Assembly: GCA_016190175.1 (NCBI GenBank)
Contig: JACPRC010000068.1
Span: forward strand, 9,844 to 73,843
Source of the DNA: Planctomycetota bacterium
GTDB taxonomy: Bacteria > Planctomycetota > MHYJ01 > JACPRB01
Reading direction: 5' to 3'
DNA: 64,000 bases
The translations under genes and the position numbers were made by a program. Positions 25,446 through 34,081 of the stretch are shown in pieces (the first letter of the stretch is position 1; each line of letters starts with the position of its first letter). The notes under the pieces were generated by a model. That model did not search any database and was not told the origin of the DNA. It saw nothing but the letters and a program-made list of their open reading frames with translations.

Positions 25446-27013
25446 GGGATCAGCTTCCCGGGGTTGAGGATCCCCTTCGGGTCGAGCGTGCGCTTCAGGG
25501 CTCGCAGCATCTCGATCTGGACGCGCCCGCGCTCGGCCTCCAGCCACGGCCGGTGATCCGTGCCGACGCCGTGGTGGTGGCTGATGGTCCCGCCGTTCTC
25601 GAGGATCGCGCGCGCCGCCGCCTCCTTCGCCGCCCTCCACAGATCGATCCCGCGGTCGCGGCCGTCGCACAGGAACGTGAAGTAGAGCGACGCGCCGTCG
25701 GGGTAGACGTGCGAGACGTGGGCGAGCACGATGGGGGAGGGGAGCGCCCTCTCGATCCCGGCGCGCACGGCCCCATGGAGTTTCTCCAGCCGGGACCAGC
25801 TCGCCGCCGTCTCGATCGTCTCCACCAGAAGGCCGTAGTCGAGGAAGGTGTCGCGCATGTAGGGGAGGTCGAAGCGCGTCTTCTCCCAGTGCGCGCCCGC
25901 CGAGCCGCCGATGTCGAGCCCGCCCTCGCGCTTCGCGAGACGCGACGCTTCGACGACCTCCGCGTGGTGGAGATAACCCAGCAGAAGGTGCGCCCCGCCG
26001 CGCAGATACGCGCCCTTGCCCAGGAGCCGGAGCAGCCGGAAGCCCCATTTCGACTCGGCCCCGCTCTGCTTGAGCAACAGTTCCGTCTCCGGTTCGTCGG
26101 AGAGCCGCGAGACGATAGGGCAGGGTCCGCGCTGCATGATGGAGCGCAGCGCCGCGAGCCCCGCGCGGAACGACGTGAAGAGGAGCGAGCGGTAGCGCAG
26201 ACGTTCCGGTTTCCGGTGCACGCGCACGACGGCCTCCGTGATGACGCCGAGCGTCCCCTCGGAGCCGACGATCGCTTCGCGCAGCTCGGGCCCGCTCGCG
26301 GACGCGGGCAACTCGCGCGTCACGATCTCGCCGACGGGCGTCACGCACTTGAGCGCGACGACGAGGTTCTCGATCCTGCCGTAACCGGTCGAATTCTGCC
26401 CCGCGGAGCGGGCTGCGATCCAGCCGCCCAGCGTCGAATACTCGAAGGACTGCGGGTAGTGGCCGAGCTCGAGTCCGTCCGACGCGAGGACGCGCTCGAT
26501 CGCGGGGCCGAACGCGCCCGCCTCGATCCGCGCGGTCAGCGACGTGCGGTCGATGTCGAGGACGTGCGCCATCCGCGTGAGATCGAGGGTGACGACGCCG
26601 CGCCGGCCGTCGGCGACGGGCTCGACGCCGCCGACGACGCTCGTCCCGCCGCCGAACGGGACGACCGCCCACCCGTCGCGCTCCGCCGCCTTGAGGACGC
26701 GGCGCACTCCTTCCGCATCCTCCGGATAGACTACGGCGTCGGGCGCGCGTTCGAGCCGGCCCTGCCGCAACCGCACGAGATCCACGTATCCGCGCCCCAC
26801 GGCATGGGCGAGGCGGTCGGCGTCCGCGGAGGTCCCGCCGACGGAGGCGGCGACATCGGGGTTGGCGGGCGGCAGTTCGGGCGGGCGGACGGGCCGCTTC
26901 GCATCGCGCGACCCGATGCCGACGCGGGAGAAGAGGTAGTCGCGGAACGCGGGCTTGAGGTCGGACTCCCGTCCGGGGTCGCCCCATCCCCACCATTTCA
27001 TGCGTTGAGTCAT
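25442..27013 (-). CDS. FAD-linked oxidase resembling alkylglycerone-phosphate synthase (AGPS)
   Basis: MKWWGWGD start, VVPFGGGTSVVGG FAD-binding motif, and a C-terminal HHHGVGTDH...LDPKGILNPGK typical of the vanillyl-alcohol-oxidase/AGPS family. Confidence 0.8.
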   Translation of the reverse strand: MTQRMKWWGWGDPGRESDLKPAFRDYLFSRVGIGSRDAKRPVRPPELPPANPDVAASVGGTSADADRLAHAVGRGYVDLVRLRQGRLERAPDAVVYPEDAEGVRRVLKAAERDGWAVVPFGGGTSVVGGVEPVADGRRGVVTLDLTRMAHVLDIDRTSLTARIEAGAFGPAIERVLASDGLELGHYPQSFEYSTLGGWIAARSAGQNSTGYGRIENLVVALKCVTPVGEIVTRELPASASGPELREAIVGSEGTLGVITEAVVRVHRKPERLRYRSLLFTSFRAGLAALRSIMQRGPCPIVSRLSDEPETELLLKQSGAESKWGFRLLRLLGKGAYLRGGAHLLLGYLHHAEVVEASRLAKREGGLDIGGSAGAHWEKTRFDLPYMRDTFLDYGLLVETIETAASWSRLEKLHGAVRAGIERALPSPIVLAHVSHVYPDGASLYFTFLCDGRDRGIDLWRAAKEAAARAILENGGTISHHHGVGTDHRPWLEAERGRVQIEMLRALKRTLDPKGILNPGKLIP

Positions 27014-27077
27014 GGGGAGACCGGGGGGATGGGGAGATGGGGAGACGGGGAGACAAGGAGACCGGGAGACGGGGAGA
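27014..27077. repeat. about 8 tandem copies of N-GGGGAGA (TCTCCCC-N on the coding strand) forming the 5' leader of the AGPS-like gene
   Basis: ggggagaccggggggatggggagatggggagacggggagacaaggagaccgggagacggggaga lies directly upstream of the ATG at 27013 (minus strand). Confidence 0.85.
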
Positions 27078-27137
27078 TCGGAGCATCGCCGGATCGCCCG
27101 AGCCTCCGCTTCCTCGCGCGCTGCGTCACGGGGCGGC

Positions 27138-27166
27138 ATCATACCGGCGCGGAAAGGCGGACGCAA
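27138..27166 (-). promoter_or_regulatory. sigma70-like promoter (TTGCGT-17-TATGAT on the minus strand) of the lipid operon
   Basis: Reverse complement of 27138-27143 is TATGAT and of 27161-27166 is TTGCGT, with a 17-nt spacer. It is embedded in a 35-nt block that is identical at 29084-29118. Confidence 0.55.
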
Positions 27167-27231
27167 TGGCGACAGGAGGGTCCGGGATCATGATGCGCGC
27201 TCCTTCCCGGTCGCGACGCGCCCTTTCCGGA

Positions 27232-28593
27232 TCAGTGTTCGATCCGTGGGCGAGGCGTCTCCTGCGGCAGAACGGTCGCGAGCCGCCAGGACGCCCACAC
27301 GAACAGCAGCGGGAAGAAGTGCATCAGGATGCGCGGTGCGTTGCATCCCATCGCCTCGTCGGCTTCCGCCGCCGGGATCACGGTCCACACGGCGACGTAG
27401 ATCAGGAGGATGGCGCCCGCCGCGGACGTGAGGAGCGACTCCGGTTCGCGCGGCTTCGGGAACCGCAGAGCTAGCATGCCTCCCACGAAGAGCCATCCCA
27501 GCGACCACTTGTTCGCCTTCACCATGAGCCAGACGACGTTGTACAGAATGCGCGGAATCCGACTCCACTCGATTCCGGCGGATGCGGTCGCCGCCTCCCG
27601 ATCGGGCACGAACGACCGCTTGGCCCAGGTCCAGGCGAGGAACGTCACGAAGCCGGCCAGGGGAATCAGGGTCGCGGCGAAGGCCGCGCGTTTTCCGCGA
27701 AGAAGACCGGTGAGGGGAAAGAGAATCATGCACGCCGACACGAACGCGCCGCCCTCGTCCTTGCACTGCGACGCGCAGGCCAGCGCCACCGCCGAGAGGA
27801 ACCCGGATCGTGGAGAGAGCGTGGTCAGCCACCGGAAGCCTTCGACGACTCCGATCAGGATGAAGATCGCGAGCGGGAAGTCGCTGTACGCGTTCAAGAG
27901 GCCGCCTCTCGGACTCAGCAGCATCGGCAGCCACGCGAAGAACGCCGTGAGCCACGCGGCGAGGGAGGCGCCGAGGCGTTCGCGGAGGATGCCGGCGAGG
28001 ATCGCCGACGCCGCGGCGAAGAAGAGCGCGAGCGTGTACCGGACGGGCCATCCTTCCGCGGTGCCCACCGTCCATCGCAGGCTCGCGTACGCGGACGGCA
28101 TCAGCAGCGGATACCCGGAGTGGCGATGCGGCCGGACGCCGCCGGTGAAGTCCGGGTTCCGGAACGTCCCGAACCGCACGATGGACTTCGTCTTGAGCGT
28201 CCAGAATTCCTCGCCGTCCCCCGCGACCGTGTCGTTGAGCGAGGCGGCCCACGACATTACGCCGATGGCGCCCAGCGCAACGGCGTGTCCGAACCAGGCG
28301 AGGAGAGGGGGGCGCGCCGACGGAACGAAAACCGGCCGCACGCGCAGGGCGATCAGGCCGAGCGGTGCGACGGCGATGGCGACCCAGAGTCCGACGCGGA
28401 CCCCGACCAGCATCAGCGCAACGTGCACGAACCCCGCGAATCCGAGCCCGAGCGCGAAGGAGAGCGCCAGAAACTCCGCGCGCCCCAAAGCGCGCCGGGT
28501 GCCGAGCGCGGTGATGCCGGCCCCGCAGGAAGTCCAGGCCAGCAGCGTGAGGAGGAACCTAAGGCAGGTCACAACCCCGGACCAGTCTGGCAT
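27232..28593 (-). CDS. polytopic membrane protein (GT-C/ArnT-like glycosyltransferase fold suspected)
   Basis: 453 aa with more than 10 hydrophobic segments and a loop reading HRHSGYPLLMPSAYASL. No firm motif. Confidence 0.65.
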   Translation of the reverse strand: MPDWSGVVTCLRFLLTLLAWTSCGAGITALGTRRALGRAEFLALSFALGLGFAGFVHVALMLVGVRVGLWVAIAVAPLGLIALRVRPVFVPSARPPLLAWFGHAVALGAIGVMSWAASLNDTVAGDGEEFWTLKTKSIVRFGTFRNPDFTGGVRPHRHSGYPLLMPSAYASLRWTVGTAEGWPVRYTLALFFAAASAILAGILRERLGASLAAWLTAFFAWLPMLLSPRGGLLNAYSDFPLAIFILIGVVEGFRWLTTLSPRSGFLSAVALACASQCKDEGGAFVSACMILFPLTGLLRGKRAAFAATLIPLAGFVTFLAWTWAKRSFVPDREAATASAGIEWSRIPRILYNVVWLMVKANKWSLGWLFVGGMLALRFPKPREPESLLTSAAGAILLIYVAVWTVIPAAEADEAMGCNAPRILMHFFPLLFVWASWRLATVLPQETPRPRIEH

Positions 28594-28906
28594 CCTCGAT
28601 CTTCTCCGGGATCAGCATCACCCAGGAGCCGGGGGTGATCTTCGCTTCGCGGACCGCGTTTTCCCATTCGAGCACGAGAACCGTGCGCGGATACAGACGG
28701 CAGGAAGCTTGATACAGGAATTGCTTCGGGACGAGGAAGACGACGGCGTCTTCGGGGATTCTGCGGACGCATTCGTCGACGAACGCGGAGACCGGCTCCC
28801 GGTTCTGCATGCGCACTCCCCGCCAGTCGTCGCTGATCGCCTGGTCGACGCTGATGCCGATGCCGAAGAGGAGGAGGGCGGTGAAAGCGATCCGGGCGGC
28901 TCTCAT
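28559..28906 (-). CDS. hypothetical membrane-anchored protein
   Basis: Start at MRAARIAFTALLLFGIGI (signal/TM). Its 3' end overlaps the start of the downstream membrane-protein gene by 35 nt. Confidence 0.55.
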   Translation of the reverse strand: MRAARIAFTALLLFGIGISVDQAISDDWRGVRMQNREPVSAFVDECVRRIPEDAVVFLVPKQFLYQASCRLYPRTVLVLEWENAVREAKITPGSWVMLIPEKIEDARLVRGCDLP

Positions 28907-29104
28907 GGGCTTGGGATCACAGGGATTCGGTACCGGTTTCGCCATCCCGTTGGCGGCGAGCGGTCCGGACGGCACGGGTAGAGCAGGGTGACCGGGTTCC
29001 CGCCCGCGCGCCTTCGCGACGCCGCAGCCGCCGCTTCGGCCGCGCAGGCGCGTCGCCGCGGCCGCCCCGTCCCCACCATCTCACGCGCTGCGTCACGGGG
29101 CGGC

Positions 29105-29133
29105 ATCATACCGGCGCGCGAGGGACGTTGCAA
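29105..29133 (-). promoter_or_regulatory. second copy of the TATGAT promoter module (TTGCAA-17-TATGAT, minus strand)
   Basis: The same -10 element and the same 25 nt of initial transcribed sequence as at 27117-27151. Confidence 0.55.
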
Positions 29134-29181
29134 CGGAGGTCTTGACACGGCTTCCGCATTGTGACAGCATCCGGAGCGTCC

Positions 29182-29580
29182 ATGATTCGCGCCGCCGCGG
29201 CTCTCACGCTCCTCGCGGTCCTCGGCGCCGGCGCCTGGCGCGGCGCCTCCGGTCCCGTCGTGCGTCGCGCGATCGAATCGATTCCGGCGAACGTCGTCTA
29301 CGACGGCGACTGATGCGAAAAGGGACGGACCTGTAAGGTCTGCGGCGGCGAGATCGATCCGGCCGATCCCGCGAAGCACCGCGCGTGCATCGCGCTCTTC
29401 CGCACGCAGCAGATGCAGCCGGGTCCCGTGGCCGCCGTGATGCCGCCGGTCCTCACCTTCGCGCTCGATCTTCCGGCGCCGATCGACCCGCCGCGTCCGA
29501 AGGCGGAGGTCGCAAGTCCGGATTGGTCGGCGCTCATGATCCCGACGGCGAAGCCGCCCTTCAAGATCCCCATCGCGTAG
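29182..29580 (+). CDS. possible small exported Cys-containing protein interrupted by an in-frame TGA (29311-29313)
   Basis: TTGACA at 29142-29147, GGAG RBS, ATG at 29182. MIRAAAALTLLAVLGAGAW looks like a signal/TM. G/C-rich third positions continue across the TGA to the TAG at 29578. An antisense ORF is equally open, so this call is weak. Confidence 0.3.
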
Positions 29581-29655
29581 TCCATCTCCGCTTCCTGTCT
29601 TTCCTTTTCGCGTACTTGCGGACACGGTCTGCCCGTGTCCAAGGAGATGGATTCC

Positions 29656-30594
29656 ATGCCGAGGTCGCTATTCATATTCCTGTTCATCTTCGCGTCCGCC
29701 ATCCCCTCCGCCGCCCAGTGAACGAGCTGAGGCGGAAACGCCGCGCTCTCGGGCGGGAGCGAAGGGAGTCGGATCGCGCCGCTTCCGGGCGGCACATGGC
29801 TCATACGAACATCGTTGGCGGTTTCGTGGGACGACGGCGCGGGCAGGGAGACGGGCCGTCCCGAGATCGTCCAGCCGGACCAGGACAAGGAGTACCGCCG
29901 GCTGCTGTTCGCCGCGGAGGTCTACCACCAGTTCTCGCCGAAGCTGGGGGCGGGCATCGTCCTGCCCTACGCCGATGTCCACCTGGAGGACAATGCCGCG
30001 GGCACGGAGGGCGACTCCTCGGGGCTCGGCGACATCCGGGTGTACGGTTTGTGGTCCCCCTGGGAGGATGAGGAGCCCAACGAGTTCTTCGACCTCGCCA
30101 ACCTCACGTTCATCTTCGGCCTGACGCTGCCGACGGCCACGGACGTCCTTCCGGATCTTCCGGTCGGGAGGGACGGGCAACTCGGCGGCGCGTCGCTCGA
30201 CGTCAGGCTCGGGGCCACCTACTGGGGCAACCTGTCGGAATCGTGGGCGTTGTTCGCCAATCTGAACCTGCTCCTCGACACCGGGGCGGACTACACCGGC
30301 TATCGCAACGCGCCGGCGTTCTCCGGGCGCGTGGGGATCGGTTTCACACCGGCTAAGCAGGTCTCGATGTACGCCTCCTTCCGCGCCATGTGGTCGGGCC
30401 CCAACCACGATTCCACCGGCGACGTTTCCAACACGGGCGGCACGTTCCTCCATGTCGTGCCCGGCATCGTCGTGCGCCCGATCCCGCAACTGTGGTTCGA
30501 CGCTCAGGGCTCCTTCCCCGTGTTCCACGACGTCCGGGGGGACCAGGTGCTTGCGGGCATGACCTTCACGTTCGGAGTCACGTTCACGTGGTGA
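29656..30594 (+). pseudogene. outer-membrane beta-barrel protein (MetA/transporter-like OMP) with two in-frame TGA codons after the signal peptide
   Basis: AAGGAG RBS and signal peptide MPRSLFIFLFIFASAIPSAAQ, then TGA at 29719 and TGA at 29728. The same frame continues through alternating beta-strand-like sequence to the C-terminal ...FGVTFTW. Confidence 0.65.
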
Positions 30595-30616
30595 GGCTTT
30601 TTTCTGGAGATCAGAG

Positions 30617-30979
30617 ATGAATCGCTTGATGATCGCGGCGGCGCTCCTGGCGGGCGCGGGAGCCGCATACGCCCAGGAGTCGCAGGACCCGACGAGCCTC
30701 GCGCAGTACCAGAGCAACGGCACGACGGCCATCGGCGTCGGCGGCGTTGCGTGGTCGACCACCGTCGTGTTGACGGGCACGGTCAACGGATCCGTGGACG
30801 CGACGCCCCCGCGGCACAGGCTTCGGGTCGAGGTGCGCCCGGTCGCGGATCCGTTCCTCGGCACCTACACGCACGAGGCGACGACGCTCGTGACCGTCGG
30901 CCAGACGAGCACCGTGACGGTGTCCGGCCTCGTGGCGGGCGCGGCCTATCACTGGCGGGCGCAGACGTACAAGACCTGA
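30617..30979 (+). CDS. secreted repeat-domain protein, N-terminal fragment (signal peptide plus repeat 1)
   Basis: MNRLMIAAALLAGAGAAYAQE signal. The domain ends ...AAYHWRAQTYKT, followed by TGA GGC TGA, in frame with the next ORF. Confidence 0.7.
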   Translation: MNRLMIAAALLAGAGAAYAQESQDPTSLAQYQSNGTTAIGVGGVAWSTTVVLTGTVNGSVDATPPRHRLRVEVRPVADPFLGTYTHEATTLVTVGQTSTVTVSGLVAGAAYHWRAQTYKT

Positions 30980-30985
30980 GGCTGA

Positions 30986-32251
30986 ATGTCCGGCTGGGTC
31001 CAGTTTGGATCCAATCCGTCCACGGATGCCGACTACACGGTCAGCACAAACCCGGACGCGCCGGCCGGTTCGGCGCAGGCGAGGATCGACGGCGCCACGA
31101 TCGTCGTCGGCGGCTCGATCGGCGAGAACGCGATCCTTCTCAGCGCCGTCGTGGGCGATCCGGACCTGAACCAACTTCGATTTCAGGTCGAGGTACGCGC
31201 AGTCGGCACGTCGTTCGGCGACGTCGCGACGTGGTCGAGCGCATACGTGTCGAACGGCCAGACCGCGTCCGTCGTCGTGACGGGACTGGCCGACGGCGAC
31301 TACCACTGGCAGTGCCGGGCCGCGGACATCAACGGCGCCGCGAGTCCGTGGGTCTCGTTCGGAGGCAATCCGGAGACGTCCGCGGACTTCACGGTCGCGA
31401 ACGCCGCCGATGTGGCCCCGAATGTCCCCGCAGGCGCGAACCAATATCGCTCCGACGGCACGACGCCGATCCCCGTGGGAGCGACGATCAACGAATCCCG
31501 CGTCATCGTCCGGGCGACGGTCTCCGATCCCGACGGCGGGATGGTGCGCCTGCGCATCGAGCGCAAGAACGTCTCGACCGCCTTCACGGGGTCGGCGACG
31601 CACTCCAGCGCGTTCGTCCCCAGCGGCGCGACCGCGACGGTCGAGGTCACGAGCCTGACGGGCACGCCGACGGGCTATCACTGGCAGTTCTGCGCCGAGG
31701 ACGCGCACGGGACGGCGTCCGCATGGACGCCCTTCGATCCGGCGGGGGGGCAGACCGATACGCCCCCTGCAAGCGACGATTTCACCGTCAACACATCGCT
31801 GAATACGGCGCCGTCGATCGCCTCGTCGCCGGGGCAGTTCACGACGGCGGATCTCCCCATCGTCCCGGGTGAAACGACCGTCGAGTCGACCGTGCGCTTC
31901 CAGGCGACGATCTTGGATTCGAACGGCGACGGAGTGCGGCTGCAGATCGAGGTGCGTCCGGTCGCCGCATCCTTCTTCGGGACGGTCACCTCGGAAAGCC
32001 CGCTCCTCGCGAGCGGCACGACGGCGACGATCGATCTCGGGGGGCTCGCCGTCGGCGCGTACCACTGGCAGTACCGAACGGTCGACGGAAGCGGGACGGC
32101 ATCCGCGTGGACTCCCTTCGGGGTGGCCGGGGATTTCACCGTCGTGACGCCCGTCGTCGATTCCGGGGGCGTCCGCGGGGGATGCGGCCTGATCGGTCTT
32201 GAGCCGCTCCTGCTGCTCGGCGCGCTGCTGCTCCGCAGGCGGCGGAGGTAG
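30986..32251 (+). CDS. repeat-domain surface protein, C-terminal part (repeats 2-4 plus a C-terminal sorting-signal-like tail)
   Basis: Three further ~110-aa repeats each contain a YHWQ motif. The tail GGCGLIGLEPLLLLGALLLRRRRR resembles MYXO-CTERM/PEP-CTERM-type anchors. There is no N-terminal signal peptide. Confidence 0.7.
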   Translation: MSGWVQFGSNPSTDADYTVSTNPDAPAGSAQARIDGATIVVGGSIGENAILLSAVVGDPDLNQLRFQVEVRAVGTSFGDVATWSSAYVSNGQTASVVVTGLADGDYHWQCRAADINGAASPWVSFGGNPETSADFTVANAADVAPNVPAGANQYRSDGTTPIPVGATINESRVIVRATVSDPDGGMVRLRIERKNVSTAFTGSATHSSAFVPSGATATVEVTSLTGTPTGYHWQFCAEDAHGTASAWTPFDPAGGQTDTPPASDDFTVNTSLNTAPSIASSPGQFTTADLPIVPGETTVESTVRFQATILDSNGDGVRLQIEVRPVAASFFGTVTSESPLLASGTTATIDLGGLAVGAYHWQYRTVDGSGTASAWTPFGVAGDFTVVTPVVDSGGVRGGCGLIGLEPLLLLGALLLRRRRR

Positions 32252-32309
32252 CGGCGATTCCAGGGACGGCCGGCGGGGGAGCGATCCTCCGCCGGCCCCG
32301 TCATCTCCC

Positions 32310-32337
32310 TTGACACCCCCGGCCCGTCGCCGATAAT
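32310..32337 (+). promoter_or_regulatory. near-consensus sigma70 promoter, leaderless start of the DUF885 gene
   Basis: TTGACA (32310-32315), 16-nt spacer, GATAAT (32332-32337). The ATG lies 11 nt downstream at 32349. Confidence 0.6.
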
Positions 32338-32348
32338 GGCGCCCGCAC

Positions 32349-34034
32349 ATGCGCACCGCCTGCCTCCTCGCCCTCGCCCTCGCCTCCTGCGAGGCCTTCC
32401 GCGGCCCCGACCTCGGCCCGGTCGGGCGCATGCCGGAGGAGACGCCCGCCGACGACCGGCTGCTCGATTCGCTCGCCGAGGCCTGCGTCGCCTGGCGCTA
32501 CTCGCAGGACCCCGGCGCCGCGACGCTCGACGGCATCCACGAGTACGACGACGTGGCTCCCTCCGCCTCGCGCGGCGACATCGACGCCCGCCTCGCCGCG
32601 CTGCAGTACCACCTTCGCACCCTGCGCGCGATCGACCGCACCCGCCTCTCGCCCGCGTCGCGCATCGACGCCGGCGTCCTCGATGCGCATCTTCGCGGCG
32701 AGATCCTGGAGCTGGACCGGATCCGCCCCTGGGAGAGCGACCCGACCTGGTACTGCGGCCGGATCGGAGCGGCGCTGCACTCGCTGGCCGCCTTCCGCTT
32801 CGAGCCCGCGGACCGGCGGATGGAACATGCCGCGCGCCGTCTGCGCGGCGTCGGAACGCTGCTCCACCAGGCACGGGAGAACCTCAAGAATCCCGCGCGC
32901 CTGCGCACCGAAACCGCCATCGCGCAATTCGAAGGGCTCCACCGCTACGTGCGGCGCGCCATGCCGGCCGCGTTCGCCGAGGTCCTCGTCCCCGCCCTCG
33001 ACGCCTCCGCGCGCGACGGCGCGGCGGGACTCGTGCGCGAGCGGGAGCGGCTCCGCGCCTGGCAGGACTTCATGGCGGCGCGCGCCGACGCCCTCAAGGG
33101 CGTCGAGGAGTTCGTCGACTGGATGCGGAAGGAGCTGCTCGACCGGTCGAACGGGCCCGTCGCGCTGGGCGCGGAGATCTTCGCGGAGCTCCTCGAGTGC
33201 CGCGAGATGGTCCGCACGCCCGTTCCCGAGCTGCTCAAGCGGGGATACGATCTCCTGGCCGAGACGCGGCGGCGGATCGACTCGGAGGCGCTGCGGACGA
33301 TGGGGGCGACCCGCGCCGACGGGGTGCTTGACGAGATGCGCGCGCTGCTCCCGGTACTCCGGTCGTTCGCCGCCGACGTGGTGACGCTCGCACCGGATCC
33401 CGAGATTTCCATCCTGGATGCGCCGGCGTTCCGCGGGCCGGGCGATCTCGCGTCGTCGGAGATCTCGGGCAACGAAGCGCATCTCTGCGTGACGACGGGA
33501 GACCTCCCGATCCGGGCGCGCCTGCCGCTCCTGGTGGCCGCAGAGCTCTGGCCGGGGCGCTGCACGCAGGCCTTGCGGCTTCGCGACGTGGCGAACCGCG
33601 TCCGCCGCTCGAACGGGTCGCGCGGATTCGCGGACGGCTGGGCCTTCTATTGCGAACAGCTCTACGTCGAATCGGCATCCGACCGGCCCGAGATCGCGAT
33701 CGCCGGCCTCCATTCCGCGCTCGTGCGCATCGCCCGCGGCGTCGCGGCGATCGAGATCCACGGCAACGGGATGACGCTCGACGGCGCGGCCGCGCTCCTG
33801 GAAAAGGAGGCGTTTCTCGATCGCCCGCGCGCCGAGCGCGAGGCGCGGATCGCCGCGCTCGATCCCCTGATCGTCGCGCAGATCCTGGGCCGGGAGGAGT
33901 TCCTCCGGCTGCGCGCGGCGGAGCGTGCCCGCCTCGGTCCGAAGTTCTCGCTGAAGGCGTTCCACGACCGCCTCCTCTCCTGCGGGCAGCCGCCGCTGCC
34001 GGCCCTCGAGGAGATCCTGGGGGCCGGACGGTGA
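32349..34034 (+). CDS. DUF885-family lipoprotein
   Basis: Lipobox LALALASC. Length and pattern (WRYSQDPGAATLDGIHEYDD..., later HGNGMTLDGAAALL) resemble DUF885 proteins as I recall them. Confidence 0.7.
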   Translation: MRTACLLALALASCEAFRGPDLGPVGRMPEETPADDRLLDSLAEACVAWRYSQDPGAATLDGIHEYDDVAPSASRGDIDARLAALQYHLRTLRAIDRTRLSPASRIDAGVLDAHLRGEILELDRIRPWESDPTWYCGRIGAALHSLAAFRFEPADRRMEHAARRLRGVGTLLHQARENLKNPARLRTETAIAQFEGLHRYVRRAMPAAFAEVLVPALDASARDGAAGLVRERERLRAWQDFMAARADALKGVEEFVDWMRKELLDRSNGPVALGAEIFAELLECREMVRTPVPELLKRGYDLLAETRRRIDSEALRTMGATRADGVLDEMRALLPVLRSFAADVVTLAPDPEISILDAPAFRGPGDLASSEISGNEAHLCVTTGDLPIRARLPLLVAAELWPGRCTQALRLRDVANRVRRSNGSRGFADGWAFYCEQLYVESASDRPEIAIAGLHSALVRIARGVAAIEIHGNGMTLDGAAALLEKEAFLDRPRAEREARIAALDPLIVAQILGREEFLRLRAAERARLGPKFSLKAFHDRLLSCGQPPLPALEEILGAGR

Positions 34035-34081
34035 ACCCCGTTGGACTCTTGGGGACGGACGCGAGACGCGCGTCGAGGCTT

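Noticed and set aside
29298-29888. Minus-strand 196-aa ORF as the real gene in the 29.3-29.9 kb spacer.
   Set aside because: It shares third-codon positions with the plus-strand frame, so its G/C bias is uninformative. Its product is Gly/Ser/Ala low-complexity. It would overlap the signal peptide and RBS of the OMP gene. The plus-strand alternative has a promoter, an RBS and a signal peptide. The matter remains unresolved.
29311-30985. Selenocysteine, or a genome-wide TGA reassignment, as the explanation for the in-frame TGA codons.
   Set aside because: TGA clearly terminates many well-defined genes in this window (for example hemB, cobA-hemD and the OMP itself after FTW). Two of the sites are TGA pairs only 3-9 nt apart. 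I see no obvious SECIS-like hairpin downstream and no redox-enzyme context.
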